A stretch of DNA of 64,000 bases from Oscillospiraceae bacterium (GTDB lineage: Bacteria > Bacillota > Clostridia > Oscillospirales > Oscillospiraceae): NCBI GenBank assembly GCA_017631545.1, contig JAGBTC010000317.1, positions 1,588 to 65,587 of the forward strand. The letters are read 5' to 3'. Both the position numbers and the translations under genes were made by a program. The notes under the pieces were generated by a model. It was given only the letters and a program-made list of their open reading frames with translations. It ran no database searches and was not told the origin of the DNA. This document shows positions 54,422 through 63,409 of the stretch, piece by piece. Positions within the stretch are counted from its first letter, which is position 1, and every line of letters starts with the position of its first letter.

Positions 54422-56247
54422 TAGATTCTTCCTCTCTGCCGCGCTGCTACCAGTCTGCCCTTTCCTCCGACGGAAGCCGCCGCCACTGGGCTTCGGTTGG
54501 CATACTGCCGAAGAAGGTCGTCGTAGTCGCTCTTCGTCTGCCGCTTGACCAGATTCTGCCATTCCAGCCTCTGTGCCACCCGAAGGGCGTATTTCAGGGC
54601 CGACCAGCTATCGCGCTGAATGTGCTGGCTGATCCGCTTCTCGGTCCCGTTGATTACCTTGAGGTTCTGGATCTGCCCCACCAGTTCCCCGGTCTTTCGA
54701 TAGGCGTTGTAGATCGCGCTGTCGCTGCGGTCATCCTTGATTCGGTGGTATTTCTTATAGGCTTCCAGTCCGCTCTGCCAGTTGGAAGTAAGGAGCTGGA
54801 CGTTGCGGTATTCAAATTGTGTCTGCGCGTACCTCACCATGTCGGCATCCGGGTCCGTCACCCCAAGGCCGCCTGCCTTGATGGGGTACAGCACCGGGAG
54901 CGCACCGGGAAGCTCAATGGAAGTCTGGAATTCGTGGTTGTAGCTGCACATCGGCGGAAGCCCGTCTCCGATGTCCTGCATGAGGCAGGCGGCGACGGCG
55001 GAGCCGAATTGCCAGGCGTCTATGGCGAGGTAGGTGTCCGCGCCGTCAAAGCAGAAACGGTTCCAGACCGCTTTGACTTTCCGCGCCTGGTCCATGTCCG
55101 GCGTGGGTCGCCAGTCGTCCACATACACGACTTGCTTCAGGTACTTGTCCCGTTTGATGTGGCTTCTCTGTCTCGTCAGCTTCAGCACAACCAGAGCGCA
55201 CTTGGCGTTGATCGGCCCGTCCGCGTAGCTCACGTCGTAACCAATGACGTAAATAACGTCCTTTGGGAGATATTCGTTGGAGTTGTCCTTCAGGCAGCTA
55301 TGGTCCTCCATCATCAGGAGGCTGCGGCAATCCGTCAGGGTGCTGTCCGACACCATTGGGAACGTGTCGGTTCCGGTATAGAGGCTGCACAGTTCCCTGG
55401 CGAATTGGTCCGGGGTCAGTTCCTGTTTTCGGCTTTCCGCCCACGATACCGGGCGCATCTGATTCAGCAAAAGAACGTCGTATGGAACGTCCATCACGAA
55501 CGCGCTCTGCCCCTGCTTCATCATCGTCAGGTGTCGGCAGCGGTTTTCGTATGCGTAGCTTTGCCGCCTACCGGCTGACGTGATGCTGTGCTGCTTGTAG
55601 TGGATAAAGGCGCTGCTCTTTTTCCCTTTGATTACATAGGGAAGACGCACTGCCGGAAGTACGACCTGAACGTAATCATCTTCGTCGAACTTCACTCCGT
55701 CCTCCTGAGCGATCTCTTCCGCCACGCTTTTGTGGAGGTTGATACCCCGTCGGCCCGTAATGGAAAACTTGCTTCCGTAGTCTGCGGTGGAAATGGCGAA
55801 GTCGTCCTTTCCGGAAGCATCCGTCTGAAAGTGCCTCGTCAGTATCGGGTAATCATGTTCTATCGCTTTGTGGGTCTCCCGGCCGATAGCTGCGGTCTGC
55901 TTCAGGCTCGGCCCCGTATACAGTGTTTGGATTCCCGGCCAGGTAAGCTGTTCCGTCTCTTCCTCGATCATGGAACTGTGGCTTTTTCCGGCCCCGCGTC
56001 CCTCCGTCAGATCGACGTATTGGAAGTTGGCCTTGGCCCTCATGTTGACCCTGTGCAGGATTGGAAGGTCATAATTGGCCTCCTCACTCCGGCAAAGGTC
56101 CGCCAAAAAATCTGGAAACCATCGGCAGGCCGCCATGAAAAGCACCCATCCGTCTCCGAGGTTGTCATAGCTGTATGACTCAGAAACCTGCTTTTTTACC
56201 CATCCGGTTCCGGGGGTCCATATGTAGGAGCGTCTGTGAAATGACAT
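54418..56247 (-). CDS. terL: Terminase large subunit
   Basis: Walker A GRGAGKS, VAEE Walker B, ITSA, GYDV nuclease, RDxWSAL. Confidence 0.92.
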   Translation of the reverse strand: MSFHRRSYIWTPGTGWVKKQVSESYSYDNLGDGWVLFMAACRWFPDFLADLCRSEEANYDLPILHRVNMRAKANFQYVDLTEGRGAGKSHSSMIEEETEQLTWPGIQTLYTGPSLKQTAAIGRETHKAIEHDYPILTRHFQTDASGKDDFAISTADYGSKFSITGRRGINLHKSVAEEIAQEDGVKFDEDDYVQVVLPAVRLPYVIKGKKSSAFIHYKQHSITSAGRRQSYAYENRCRHLTMMKQGQSAFVMDVPYDVLLLNQMRPVSWAESRKQELTPDQFARELCSLYTGTDTFPMVSDSTLTDCRSLLMMEDHSCLKDNSNEYLPKDVIYVIGYDVSYADGPINAKCALVVLKLTRQRSHIKRDKYLKQVVYVDDWRPTPDMDQARKVKAVWNRFCFDGADTYLAIDAWQFGSAVAACLMQDIGDGLPPMCSYNHEFQTSIELPGALPVLYPIKAGGLGVTDPDADMVRYAQTQFEYRNVQLLTSNWQSGLEAYKKYHRIKDDRSDSAIYNAYRKTGELVGQIQNLKVINGTEKRISQHIQRDSWSALKYALRVAQRLEWQNLVKRQTKSDYDDLLRQYANRSPVAAASVGGKGRLVAARQRGRIY

Positions 56248-56261
56248 CTCGACGCCCCCTG

Positions 56262-57209
56262 TCAGTCGAAACCTTCGCGCCCGAAGTCTGAGTAAACTTC
56301 TTCACGCCGCACTTTTGGAACCGGTTCTTCCGCCGCTTTGTCCGGTGTCCAGCCGTCGTTTCTTGTCAGGTTCAGGTATTCGTAAACCTCCTGTTCCTGC
56401 TCATTAGGTTCTTCCGCAAACTCGTGGGCGTAGTCGCCCATCTTCGCCTGCTCCGGAAGTACCGGCAAATCGGGAAGGTCGTTGTTCTCACGCATGGTGT
56501 TGATGATGCTGAGCATGGCGTGTTCGGCTGCGTCCACGGTCTCCGGGTAGTGCTTGCTGCGGCACCACTTGAAGAAGTGTTCCAGAAACTGATCCTTCGT
56601 CATATCCGCACCGCTTCCATAGCGCTTCTGCATGGCGTCTATGATTCCGTCCACTCTCGCGCTCTCAATCGGCTTGGCGTCTTTCTTCCGAAGGTTCTCT
56701 GCAGCCAGATTTTCCTGGATCATTCTGTTCATCGTGTTGGCGATAGCCGCGCTGTCCTTGTCGCCTTTGGCAATACACTTGTCCCGAAGCAGGGCCATTC
56801 GGCTACAATTCCGCAGCGTATCTTCCTGCTGGGCGTCCATGCCTCCTGCGGCGTCAAGCCGCATGGAGTACATTCGGAAGATTCCGTCCAGGCTCTTGTA
56901 GTCTTGGGCCGTATAAGGGTGGTCCGGGTCTCCGTAGCCCCAGTCCCGTTCCCAGCGTTCCTGTTCGCTGGCTCCTTCGGCAATCACGGTCTCTACGTCC
57001 GTTTCTCCATCTATGAAGCTTTCCTGCTTCTGTAAGTTTTCCAGATAAGACAGGTATTCTTCCCAAGTTGGTACAGACTTTTTCGGGTAGACTGGGAGAT
57101 CCAATACTGCACAGATGCAGTAAAGGGCTATGTCTCCCCCAAGGACGCTTGCCAGGTCCAGGAAACGCTTGCTTATTTCTTCTGCTTTCGCGTTTTCCGG
57201 CAGTTTCAT
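56262..57209 (-). CDS. Probable terminase small subunit / packaging protein
   Basis: GGAGG SD before ATG 57209; directly upstream of terL. Confidence 0.65.
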   Translation of the reverse strand: MKLPENAKAEEISKRFLDLASVLGGDIALYCICAVLDLPVYPKKSVPTWEEYLSYLENLQKQESFIDGETDVETVIAEGASEQERWERDWGYGDPDHPYTAQDYKSLDGIFRMYSMRLDAAGGMDAQQEDTLRNCSRMALLRDKCIAKGDKDSAAIANTMNRMIQENLAAENLRKKDAKPIESARVDGIIDAMQKRYGSGADMTKDQFLEHFFKWCRSKHYPETVDAAEHAMLSIINTMRENNDLPDLPVLPEQAKMGDYAHEFAEEPNEQEQEVYEYLNLTRNDGWTPDKAAEEPVPKVRREEVYSDFGREGFD

Positions 57210-57328
57210 ATTGTCCTCCACCCCTCTCCCCCTGCCTCCCGGAGTGAGCTCCCGCCTCTCCGGGAGGGCTTCAAAAAGGAGGTGAAACGCGCCCCAAAGA
57301 GACGCCAGCAAAGGGAAGAAAGAATGAA

Positions 57329-57378
57329 AAAAGAATGATAGCGTGTCGGCATACAACCGTTCACGCTATCATTCTTTT
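57329..57378 (-). terminator. 17-bp perfect inverted repeat followed by T-rich tract on - strand
   Basis: aaaagaatgatagcgtg...cacgctatcattctttt. Confidence 0.7.
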
Positions 57379-57388
57379 CTTTATTTTC

Positions 57389-57403
57389 GGAATTTTGGTG
57401 CCA
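57389..57403 (-). promoter_or_regulatory. Late motif TGGCACCAAAATTCC copy 3 (start of packaging operon)
   Basis: 19 nt upstream of the TAGCGT -10-like hexamer (TGn-extended). Confidence 0.7.
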
Positions 57404-57418
57404 CTTTTGCGGGTTTTA

Positions 57419-58372
57419 TCAGGTCCTGCTGGCATTTTGCCTTTTTGTGGAATCCACATCCTCAAACCTCTTGCATACTGCAAACAGTTTCGGATTGTTG
57501 ACCCATCCTTGCAGCCGTCGAAGTTCCTTGGAAGCGTTTGGTTTATCATATATCATCACATACGGATGATATCCCAAATCCCGCAGGGTGTATATTCTCC
57601 AAAGGTTCTCTTCCATGGTGCTGTTGAACCCCGTAAGCAGATATACCGTGGCAAGTCTTCCTTTTGAGTTTTTCTTTCCAAGCTTTGCATAGTTGTCAAA
57701 TCGTTCCGTGAGGTCTTCCTTGGGATTATCCCAGGCGAAGTGAACCTCCTTGAGCTTCATGCGGTTGATATCTTCTATATCCGCGTCGTTCAGCAGCCGG
57801 ATATCCAGCCCTTGCGTAAAGTCGATCCACGCTCCCGTTTCCCGGTACTGTGCCATTAGATCCCGCTTATCCCGGCAAGCAGTCAGATTCGGGTCCAGGA
57901 CCTTGATTTCCTTCTGTCCGTTCCAGAAATCTGACACATCGGCAACCTTGACGCTCCGGCAACCTTCCTTGGCTGCGACATGGCAGAATGAGCATTGCCT
58001 TGGACAACCTCTGCTCGTCATGGATACGGCGAATTCGTACTGCGGATAGATGGAATAATCCGGAAAGCAACGTTCGATCTCCGTCGGCAGGTCTGCATGG
58101 TTCTCCTTGTCAAAGTATTCCCTGCCGTCATTGCCAAGACTGATTGCGTACCCTGTACCGCCCTTGATTACCTTATCGGCATTCAGCGGTTCCGGTACGT
58201 CGGGAGAGTAAGCGTCGGAGAACACCTTGCTCATGTAAACGATGTCGTAATGCTCAAGGTCGCTCCACCACCACTCCACCGTGTCTCCCTTGGATTTGTG
58301 GTATGCGCTGATTCGCATGAGCGCCAGGTTTGGGAAGTTGTGCCCGTCCACGTCGATCAGTCCGATGCGCAT
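57419..58372 (-). CDS. Radical SAM protein
   Basis: SRGCPRQCSFC (CxxxCxxC); FPNLALM N-terminus. Confidence 0.9.
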   Translation of the reverse strand: MRIGLIDVDGHNFPNLALMRISAYHKSKGDTVEWWWSDLEHYDIVYMSKVFSDAYSPDVPEPLNADKVIKGGTGYAISLGNDGREYFDKENHADLPTEIERCFPDYSIYPQYEFAVSMTSRGCPRQCSFCHVAAKEGCRSVKVADVSDFWNGQKEIKVLDPNLTACRDKRDLMAQYRETGAWIDFTQGLDIRLLNDADIEDINRMKLKEVHFAWDNPKEDLTERFDNYAKLGKKNSKGRLATVYLLTGFNSTMEENLWRIYTLRDLGYHPYVMIYDKPNASKELRRLQGWVNNPKLFAVCKRFEDVDSTKRQNASRT

Positions 58373-58373
58373 T

Positions 58374-59165
58374 TTACCCTCCGTTTATGGCCTGATAGAA
58401 GTCCCCTTCTATCCCGGCATTCTCGTCGCCGAAGTGCTTCTTGATGACCGCCACCGGAAATTCTTCGATCTCGCTGCTCCATCTTACGCTCTCCGGCCCG
58501 TTCACCGCAGCCCACGCAAGATCGAACCCTCCGATACCGGAGAACAGGCTTCCCTGCGTAGCCCGCCGCTCGTACTGCGCTGAAATGCGCCTCATAAGCC
58601 AGCACCAGAATCCGCTCCGCTCGTTGGCAAATCCTACAGCGATGGAGTTTCCGTAGGCTTTATACTTCGGGGTGTCCGCGTCCTTGTGCTTTTTACCTTT
58701 GGTGTCCGTCCAGTCTCCCAGCTCGCACCAGGCGTCAGGGAAGCCCTGTAATCTGGCGCATTCGGTCGGAGTCAGCCTGCGGACGATATATCGCGGTTGA
58801 TCGTCTTCTTCCAGTGACATGACCGCCTGCTTGTCGTGCATACAATCCAGCGGGTTTGAAATTGGCAACATGGACACGTTGTTTGTCTGACCGTTTCCAA
58901 TGCACAAAGCTTTTTCTCTCTCCTGTTCCACTTCCCTTATCACCACCTTTGGAGTATGACCTTGGTTCGTTATGGGATGGCACGGGTCTCCCCATTTGGG
59001 ATGCGCACGATTGTCAGGGCTTGTTATCTGCGTTGTGTCAAACGGAAGCGCCTCCAAGACCACCGGAATATTTCCCCCTCCCGTCCCGCATCTTGCAATG
59101 ATCGGCATGGAGTATTCGTCTTCTCGAAACCAATATCTCCGCACCTGGTTGAAAAGCTTTGCCAT
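58374..59165 (-). CDS. C5 DNA methyltransferase part B (motifs IX, X, then I, II)
   Basis: RRLTPTECARLQGFPD, YGNSI, GSLFSGIGG, SSEIEE. Confidence 0.88.
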   Translation of the reverse strand: MAKLFNQVRRYWFREDEYSMPIIARCGTGGGNIPVVLEALPFDTTQITSPDNRAHPKWGDPCHPITNQGHTPKVVIREVEQEREKALCIGNGQTNNVSMLPISNPLDCMHDKQAVMSLEEDDQPRYIVRRLTPTECARLQGFPDAWCELGDWTDTKGKKHKDADTPKYKAYGNSIAVGFANERSGFWCWLMRRISAQYERRATQGSLFSGIGGFDLAWAAVNGPESVRWSSEIEEFPVAVIKKHFGDENAGIEGDFYQAINGG

Positions 59166-59167
59166 TC

Positions 59168-60328
59168 TCAGCTATCCTGTTCGGCATTCTGCGCAGGTTG
59201 CACCACGATTGCCGTATAATCCGTCACTCTGTTTTGATGGTCTCCAGTTAGGTTGGGAGAGATCTGTCCGTTTCCGTTTCCCCGTGCGTCATAAACCTTA
59301 GCGCATCGCCTTTTATCGCCTGCTTCTGGCGTTTCACCATGGTATTCCAGCACGACGGGCTTTTGGTTTCCGCCCTCTCCGCCTCTGAGTGTGGGTGCCA
59401 TTTCTTTTTGATACCCCAGACTTCTCGCCTTAGCGCTCTGTCCGAAGCTGAACCCAGCCGCGAAATTCTGTACTTTCGGTTTGGCCGCTTCTTCCGCCGT
59501 CACCCGGATGACGTAGTTATAATTCAGGCTAGTTCCTTCCTTTTTTGCCTGAAGCGTTCGGTTGATCTCCGTGTTTTCTGTATAGTTCCGGCAATCAACC
59601 GCTATTCCTTCGATCTCGCCTGCCACTCCAGCGTTGCTTTCAGTTCCGGGGGGAGCTCCTTTCCCCGCCTCCCTGCCCTGTTCAAGATTCCTTGGCAGGC
59701 TTGTTTCGACAGTCGATACTTGCTGTCGGCTTTTTTCTCCAGCACTGACGATAGTTTCGACGGATTCGGCGCCATAGGTTTCTCCCCGCAGTTGAGGGTC
59801 AAACAGAATCTCCGGAGCGGTGAGTCCGTTGAAGTCACATAAGAGTGCAATCCGCTTTCGTCGCTGCGGAGTTCCGAAGAACTGGGCGTCCACGGTGCGA
59901 TAGGCGAGGCTCCAGTCTCCCATCTCCGAATAATAGCACCCGTATTTGGGCCATCCGCCTTCAGGCAGTGGAACAGCAGGGGCCGTCGGGTCTGCGACGC
60001 GGATGATTTCCGTGAGGACCGTTTGGAAGTCCCGGCCTCCGTTGCTGCTGTAGGCTCCGCATACGTTTTCCCACACGAAGTATCTGCATCGAACAGAGAG
60101 ACCTGTTCTCCCCATTGCTCTGTCACGTTCCCGCATCTCCTTTGCTATTCTGATTTGTTCCATAAACAGCCCACTTCGGGTCGTTTCCTCGTCTTCCAGT
60201 TCTTCGTGCTTAAGTCCTTTGCGAAGTCCGGCAACGCTGAGGTCCTGGCACGGACTTCCGCCGGTCAGCACGTCCACGGGTTCTATGTCCCAACCGCTGA
60301 TTTTGGTTACGTCACCCAAGTGCTTCAC
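59168..60328 (-). CDS. C5 DNA methyltransferase part A (motifs III-VIII plus variable region)
   Basis: GDVTKI, GSPCQDLS, WENV, QFFGTPQRRKR; AAGGAG SD + GTG. Confidence 0.9.
   Translation of the reverse strand: MKHLGDVTKISGWDIEPVDVLTGGSPCQDLSVAGLRKGLKHEELEDEETTRSGLFMEQIRIAKEMRERDRAMGRTGLSVRCRYFVWENVCGAYSSNGGRDFQTVLTEIIRVADPTAPAVPLPEGGWPKYGCYYSEMGDWSLAYRTVDAQFFGTPQRRKRIALLCDFNGLTAPEILFDPQLRGETYGAESVETIVSAGEKSRQQVSTVETSLPRNLEQGREAGKGAPPGTESNAGVAGEIEGIAVDCRNYTENTEINRTLQAKKEGTSLNYNYVIRVTAEEAAKPKVQNFAAGFSFGQSAKARSLGYQKEMAPTLRGGEGGNQKPVVLEYHGETPEAGDKRRCAKVYDARGNGNGQISPNLTGDHQNRVTDYTAIVVQPAQNAEQDS
59602..60126 (-). CDS. Nested alternative-frame ORF inside methyltransferase part A
   Basis: Own AAGGAG SD + GTG; LSSVLE...KYRLS..AC.GIL.RA.RRGK. 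Confidence 0.65.
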   Translation of the reverse strand: MTEQWGEQVSLFDADTSCGKTYAEPTAATEAGTSKRSSRKSSASQTRRPLLFHCLKADGPNTGAIIRRWETGASPIAPWTPSSSELRSDESGLHSYVTSTDSPLRRFCLTLNCGEKPMAPNPSKLSSVLEKKADSKYRLSKQACQGILNRAGRRGKELPPELKATLEWQARSKE

Positions 60329-60554
60329 GTTTTTTCTCCTTTGTCTTGGCCTGTTCTTTTGCTTCTGCTATCGCCGCGTCCCTCGCCTTGCATCGCTGCA
60401 TCCCGTACCACAGATAGCTCCGCTTGCATTTGCGGTGGCAGCAGTACATGCAGATGAAATGACCCGGCTTCATCGGGCACTCCCCGGCCACGCTGTCGTA
60501 GTAGGCATTCCCACAGACCTCACACTTGATTCTCTGCGCCATATCAGATTGCAA
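60312..60554 (-). CDS. Small Cys-rich protein
   Basis: CEVC..CP..CMYCC. Confidence 0.7.
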   Translation of the reverse strand: MQSDMAQRIKCEVCGNAYYDSVAGECPMKPGHFICMYCCHRKCKRSYLWYGMQRCKARDAAIAEAKEQAKTKEKKREALG

Positions 60555-60930
60555 GCTCCATGCAAAGTTCCCGCCAAGCCTGCTGCCAGTTCATTCCGTC
60601 TCGTCGTATGAGATTGGCAAGGTTGTTTGCACTGTCTCTGTCCAGGTACAGCCCCATCGCCATTTTCACAAACCGTTTTCTACTCCGGCATCTTTTGTTT
60701 GCCATTTTGTGCATGAATAAAAACTTGAACCATTGAGCTTCCGAATTTGCATCCATAGTGAAAGAGACCGAAAGCTCAGCGTTTCTTTCTAACTCTATGG
60801 GAAAGCTGGTCGTACCGTTTTCTGTTTCAAGAGTTGCAGTCAGCGGCATGATTCTCTCCCCGAATACCCGGTATTCGCCGTTTTCGATTATATACAGGGT
60901 TCCGGTTCTCTGTTCTTCTCTCGGTCCCAT
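60544..60930 (-). CDS. Hypothetical protein
   Basis: TGATG coupling to dUTPase. Confidence 0.7.
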   Translation of the reverse strand: MGPREEQRTGTLYIIENGEYRVFGERIMPLTATLETENGTTSFPIELERNAELSVSFTMDANSEAQWFKFLFMHKMANKRCRSRKRFVKMAMGLYLDRDSANNLANLIRRDGMNWQQAWRELCMELAI

Positions 60931-61349
60931 CAGCGCCCGGTACTCCCCATCCTGCCGTCTCCACGCTCGGTGTCGTCCAGTTCCGCCACGACTTCCAGTT
61001 CCACCTTCGGGATCGGCAGGATAACGATTTGGCTGATCTTGTCCCCGGCCTTGAACATGTAGTCCCGTCCGGTGTCCTCGCTGTATATCTTCACGATGAT
61101 GGAACCGGTATATCCTGCGTCCAGCAGGCCCGTACTCGTCAGGCTGTGCTTCACGTTGAGGCCGCTCTTGCTTACCAGCAGGCCGCAGTACCCTTCCGGG
61201 ACTGCCATGTGTACGCCGGTGTCGTGTACGGCATGGCCTCCCGCCGGAACGACGAAATCTTCCTTTGCGCACAGGTCCCACCCTGCGTCGGCGTCGTGCC
61301 CGTGCTTCGGCATGAACGCTCCGGGGTCCAGCTTGACTTTGACGATCAT
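60930..61349 (-). CDS. dut: Trimeric dUTPase
   Basis: AGWDL, SKSG, GLLDAGYTG, KISQ, RGDGRMGSTG motifs. Confidence 0.95.
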   Translation of the reverse strand: MIVKVKLDPGAFMPKHGHDADAGWDLCAKEDFVVPAGGHAVHDTGVHMAVPEGYCGLLVSKSGLNVKHSLTSTGLLDAGYTGSIIVKIYSEDTGRDYMFKAGDKISQIVILPIPKVELEVVAELDDTERGDGRMGSTGR

Positions 61350-61717
61350 AATTCTTTCTCCCCCTTTTTCTTTCCCTTGTCTTCCCGGAGCGACGCATCC
61401 CCAAAGAATTCCGCCGCCACGGTCTTGATGAACTCTCCGTGCCACCGAAGCCCGGTGCGCTCCGATATGCCGATCTTCATTGCCGCGCCTTGCAGGCTGT
61501 GGCTGCGCCGCCAGTAAATCATTTCGATAAACTCCACGCGGCTGGCCCCGTCCCGTGTGCGGAAGGTTTCGTCCACAGCGCGGCGGACGGCTTCCAGTTC
61601 CCTCCGTTCCAGGTCGGTTGCCGGTTCCCGCCCGCTTCCGTATTTGCGGACGATGTACTTCATGTAGCCCCACCATCCCCGGTTGCGGGCGTGTCGGTTA
61701 TAGCCCAAGTCAATCAC
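61346..61717 (-). CDS. ArpU/RinA-like late transcription activator
   Basis: IEMIYW...SLQGAAMKIGISERT..RW..EF. Confidence 0.7.
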   Translation of the reverse strand: MIDLGYNRHARNRGWWGYMKYIVRKYGSGREPATDLERRELEAVRRAVDETFRTRDGASRVEFIEMIYWRRSHSLQGAAMKIGISERTGLRWHGEFIKTVAAEFFGDASLREDKGKKKGEKEL

Positions 61718-61738
61718 CCCCTCCGCTCTTTCCCGCCG

Positions 61739-62590
61739 TCAGGATTCTTCCGCCTTGCCGAAAACGATTTCCCGGAGGACGTTCGCCTTTTCTTTGCGTA
61801 TCTCCACTCTCCGGCTTTCCCCGGTGAATACCATCGGGACGCACATTTGAAGCACCCGGTCATAGATTCTCTTGTACCGAAGACCTTCCTGCACACGCAG
61901 ATCTTTGAGGCTCAGGTTGGTGGTAACGATCATAGGCTTCTTTCGTCTGTAGCAAGCGTCGATGAACTGATACACGGTCTCGGAGGAATAATCCGTGTCA
62001 CGCTCCACTCCTAAATCGTCCACGATGATAAGGTCGTATTCCATCGCTTGCCGCACCAGTTCGTTCATTTCAAACTTCGACGTACTCAGGATCGTCGGGA
62101 AGTTCGTCATAAGGACCGGAACCCCTCGGTCGATCAGTGCGTTGGCGATACAGGCGGCGGCGTAGGTTTTCCCGGTCCCCACCGGGCCGCTCATAAGCAG
62201 CCCGGTGTTCTGAGCATTGATCTCGTCCCAGTGGTCCACAAAGGCTTGGCACTTCTGAATGTTCTCGCAGCCATCGGAGTCCTCAAACCGCACGTCCCGC
62301 AGGCTGTCGTCCGCAATTCCGCTGACCCGCAGGTTTTCGATACGGATACGGTGTTGTTCTTTCTGCCATTCCTGCTCTTTGCGTTCCCATTCTTCCTCTC
62401 CGCATTTGCACATACACGGAACGGTGAAAGATTCTCCGTTGATATCCGTGATGGTCTCTTTCTGCGTATGGCATTTCCCGCAGTAAAGAAGCCCGTCGGC
62501 GTTGGAGTAATAATCTCCGTCTTCAGCTTCCGCCTTGCGTCCGAGGAGCATCCCGGAGATGATTCCCCCCAAAGATTCCAGCGCCATCAC
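61739..62590 (-). CDS. DnaC/IstB-like helicase loader
   Basis: GPVGTGKT, IVDDLG, TTN, RIYDR. Confidence 0.92.
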   Translation of the reverse strand: MMALESLGGIISGMLLGRKAEAEDGDYYSNADGLLYCGKCHTQKETITDINGESFTVPCMCKCGEEEWERKEQEWQKEQHRIRIENLRVSGIADDSLRDVRFEDSDGCENIQKCQAFVDHWDEINAQNTGLLMSGPVGTGKTYAAACIANALIDRGVPVLMTNFPTILSTSKFEMNELVRQAMEYDLIIVDDLGVERDTDYSSETVYQFIDACYRRKKPMIVTTNLSLKDLRVQEGLRYKRIYDRVLQMCVPMVFTGESRRVEIRKEKANVLREIVFGKAEES

Positions 62591-63396
62591 AGCACTCCTT
62601 CCATGTCCGCTTCGTAGTCGTGTTCTTCCCTGCGGCGGTCAGATCGCCCTCCGCCACGGTTGGAACCTCCGCCCTTCTGCTCCCATGTAATAAGCTTCTG
62701 TTTCCAGTTGCGAACGGGTTCTCCTTTGCTGTCTATCCACTTTCCTACGTCGAAATACTCAAAGAACTGTTTGGGGTCCACGGAACTGTTTCGTTCTTTG
62801 CAGTAAGCTTTGACTTCTTCCAGCGTTGGAGGTACGAAAGCTTTTGGCTTTTTCCTTCCCCCCGTACCCCCCTTCAGGGGGGTATCTTCTTTCTTTGTCT
62901 CTATCTCTTTCTCTATACTCTTATCTCTATCTCTTATATCTATATCTGGATGGACAGATTCCTGGACATCAGGTGGACATTCAGGTGGAATTTGTCCACC
63001 TTCAGCCGCTTCAAGCTGTTGCATTCTTTGGTTCCTCTTTTGGATGGCCCAGCTCGTTTCGCTTCCCACAAGGTTTTCGTGGTCCGTCAGGCAGAGAGTG
63101 CCGTCGTTGTCCACATAGATCAGCCCCAAGCTTTTGTAGAGGGTGAGAGCGACGCGGACGGTATCAATGTTGAAATACTTTGTGTCTCTCTGGATCTTTG
63201 CCTCGTCGTAGGGAATGATGACCTCACCGATATGCCGTTCCAGTTTTCCACCGGTGTTGATGGTCTTTAGGCAAAGCATTTGATAAAGCACAACATAGTT
63301 GGCTCCGTCCGGCTGGCTCATAAGGAAGTCCACGGCATCGGAGGTCATAAAGGATTCCTTGAGCTTGATCCAGTAATACCGCTTTTTTTCTGACAT
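62587..63396 (-). CDS. Phage replisome organiser
   Basis: RYYWIKLKESF N-domain; FVPPTLEEV...NWKQ C-domain. Confidence 0.9.
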   Translation of the reverse strand: MSEKKRYYWIKLKESFMTSDAVDFLMSQPDGANYVVLYQMLCLKTINTGGKLERHIGEVIIPYDEAKIQRDTKYFNIDTVRVALTLYKSLGLIYVDNDGTLCLTDHENLVGSETSWAIQKRNQRMQQLEAAEGGQIPPECPPDVQESVHPDIDIRDRDKSIEKEIETKKEDTPLKGGTGGRKKPKAFVPPTLEEVKAYCKERNSSVDPKQFFEYFDVGKWIDSKGEPVRNWKQKLITWEQKGGGSNRGGGRSDRRREEHDYEADMEGVL

Positions 63397-63409
63397 CGTT
63401 TACCTCCGC

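Noticed and set aside
29306-57403. TGGCAC motif as a sigma-54 promoter
   Set aside because: The -24 TGGCAC matches, but the -12 position reads TTCC/ATCC rather than TTGC in all three copies
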